Below are positions 61,723 through 64,000 of a stretch of 64,000 nt of DNA, piece after piece. A program made the translations under genes and the position numbers. Within the stretch, counting starts at the first letter, position 1, and every line of letters begins with the position of its first letter. The DNA is taken from contig OZ316899.1 in assembly GCA_973895155.1 (NCBI GenBank), positions 1-64,000 on the forward strand, given 5' to 3'. The notes under the pieces are model-generated. The model was not told where the DNA came from and did no database searches. It saw only the letters and a program-made list of their open reading frames with translations. The stretch comes from Marsupella aquatica (taxonomy: Eukaryota; Plantae; Marchantiophyta).

Positions 61723-62190
61723 GTCAATAACACCAAGTAATTAACATTCATCACCAAGAATGCTAAAATGCATTTGAGTCTGGATATTCGGGTGCTATGG
61801 TGATTGGCGCGAATGAAATCCGCCACTTCCCCGGGAAAATTCACAATGTCTATGCACACATGAACCCACTGTCCCTACTTGTCAACCTTGGGTTCAACTA
61901 GAAAGAATTGTAGGGAACTAGATCCAGAGGCACATAGACATGTACAGTAATAAATCTGGTGTACAATGTCAATAACACCAAGTAATTAACATCCATTGCT
62001 CAAAATGCTAAAATGCATTTGAGTCCAGATATCCGGTTACTATGGTGATAGGCACAAATGAAATCCACCACTTGGAGGAAGATCCACAAAGTCTATGCAC
62101 GCAGGAACCCATGTACTGTCCCTACCCATCAACCTTGGTTCAACTAAAAACAATTGTAGGGGAACTAGATCTAGAGACACGTAGCTATGT
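61723..62190. repeat. ~245-bp diverged tandem duplication upstream of the telobox gene
   Basis: TGTCAATAACACCAAGTAATTAACAT...ATGCTAAAATGCATTTGAGTC at ~61723 and ~61967. Confidence 0.88.
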
Positions 62191-63289
62191 TTTGCAATAA
62201 ATCTAGTGTGATTCAATCCGTACAATTATGTTTAACTATTCAATCTGTACAATTATGTTTAACTACAGTATAATATTCACGCTTATTCTATGATCCAAGC
62301 CGTCACCAAAGATTTGCTCTAGAGGGATAATAATGTGGATTCCTATGAATCACCTAACAAGAAGCGGGCACTAACTAAGTACAAGTGTCCCTAATTAAGG
62401 CTTCCATGCTTGAATTGGTCTTAGCCAATAGGAAGCAAGACCAAATTAACAATACTTTTTGTGTCCTCATGAATACATATATTCGAAGCTCTTAATCTAC
62501 CACCAATGCTCTCTCCCCTTGCACCAGCCTAGGTACTTACATTCTTGAGGAGACCCATCCAGTGTGTCTAGAATGTTATACACAAGCCCAGGGAGAAGGA
62601 ATTTTTTGCCCATTCCCTTTCTTTCAGTACACCTCTGTATGACATAAATTCCCATTGCGACATTTTCCTTTCTAGCATAGAGTGGGAGCCACACAAGGAG
62701 CCATGGCTCCACCCTTTCCCATTCTTTCAGTGTGCCTTTGGTGTAGAGCAGGAGCCAAATATTGGAATTGTGTAATCCTGCACACCTCTAAGCTTGAACT
62801 CAGGCAGGCTAATTTCATAGTGTGTCGGATTGGGATATGACAAAAAGCTAAAATCTCAGCCCACAAGATGCAGGTAATTAAGATTCCTTAGTTAGAAAAC
62901 CCCTCCCTAACCCTAGTACTTCCGGAATGACATACAAATGGGCATACAAAGGCCCAAAGGAAAATGAATTTTTTGCCTTTCCCAATCTTTCAGTTCTTTT
63001 AGTGCACCTTTAGCGTAGAGCAATCCAAAAGGATGAATAGGGCGTGTCAAAGTGTTACAGTCCAAATAAATAAATCAAAGTGTTATGGGATTCGTATTTT
63101 GGTAGCCCATAGTGATTTTGTCTTGACTGTAATAGTGTTTTATGACCTGAGCAATAATTGAGTTACATCTATGCAGCTTTAACACTCCTTTATGGAATCT
63201 TGGAATGAGGTGCTTGAACTTAGGTGGGCTAACTTCATGGTATGTACCTTTAGTATAAGGCAAACAAATAAAATTCCAGCAGACAGGAT

Positions 63290-63735
63290 CATCCTAATTC
63301 ACCATGTACAAATATTGAGGCGAGACCAAGGAAAGAACTGTACACTCCTTGGGACAAATCAATAGTAGATTTATGAAGGTGAGTACCTTAACATCAAAAT
63401 TCCCCCTTTCTTCCCACCTAGTACATGTTAAAATATTCATAAATCTAATGATAAAAATTACAACTTACAACTGCATTTTGGTACTCAGATCTGAAATGGT
63501 TCGTGTACTATTTGACCAGAATTATAATTTTTACTGAATTAGAATTAAAATCTTGAGAAAATTGTTTGCTACAGTGTGGGAAGATCTAAAAAAATTGACA
63601 CCATAAAATTGAAGTTTACACTTTATTGGATTCTTTATTATGAAATATTCTTGAACTTTTTGTTAGAAAAGTTCTTAAACTAAAGTCCTCAAGGTTTTGA
63701 AGGACAATGTTTTTGAATGGCTATCAAAGATGTCA
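63290..63735 (+). pseudogene. TET/JBP-like copy 4: decayed 5' fragment closest to copy 3
   Basis: Homologous to 42400-42905 (exon, AAG|GTGAGT intron, TTTGCTACAGTGTGGGAAGA...TTGAATGG); acceptor and ATG deleted, frameshifted, truncated. Confidence 0.88.
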
Positions 63736-63784
63736 CCATTTGGATGTGGTTACAATTATCCCTATTTTCATTGCTCCCCGTGTG

Positions 63785-64000
63785 AATGAGGGTACTCTTA
63801 TCTCTTGAGGGTACCCTTGTGCTTGAGGGTACTCTTATCAGTGAGGGTACTCTTATCAGTGAGGGTACTCTTATCAATGGGTACGCTTATCAATAATGGT
63901 ACTTTGATCAATAAGGGTACCCTTATCAATGAGGATACTCTTATCTGCTGAGGGTACCCTTGCGTATGAGGGTACTCTTATCAATGAGGATACTCTTATA
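63785..64000. repeat. 18-bp tandem array (GAGGGTACTCTTATCA(G/A)T)n running off the window end
   Basis: Seen directly; about 12 variant units. Confidence 0.95.

Noticed and set aside
1-64000. tRNA, rRNA, snRNA or known miRNA genes
   Set aside because: No recognisable conserved motifs seen; a covariance-model scan would be needed to exclude them.

Overview
Left end of a plant chromosome. Bases 1-1993 are a (CCCTAAA)n Arabidopsis-type telomere, followed by a CCCTCAA variant zone and subtelomeric repeats. The PPR and retroelement sequences suggest a seedless plant such as a moss (inference). The remainder is a rearranged subtelomere: decayed fragments of unrelated host genes (INTS7, an IRK-like LRR-RLK, PLS-class PPRs, PI-PLC, PP2A B', VSR), a segmental duplication, minisatellites and Ty3/Gypsy remnants with long extra ORFs. 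Against this decayed background a few intact, chromatin-related ORFs stand out. (i) Three divergent AT-rich 454-480 aa paralogues, plus a fourth decayed copy, with a TET/JBP-like HxDxD...H 2OG-Fe(II) dioxygenase core, each starting at an ATG directly after a splice acceptor. (ii) A stand-alone EDM2-type triple-PHD ORF directly upstream of one of them. (iii) A six-exon gene fusing a transposon-type N-terminal domain and coiled coil to a telobox (LKDKWRN) Myb domain. My leading hypothesis is a mobile subtelomeric anti-silencing toolkit (5mC-modifying enzyme, histone-mark reader, telomere-repeat binder). No transposase or terminal inverted repeats were found in the window, and all family assignments come from motif recognition, not searches.
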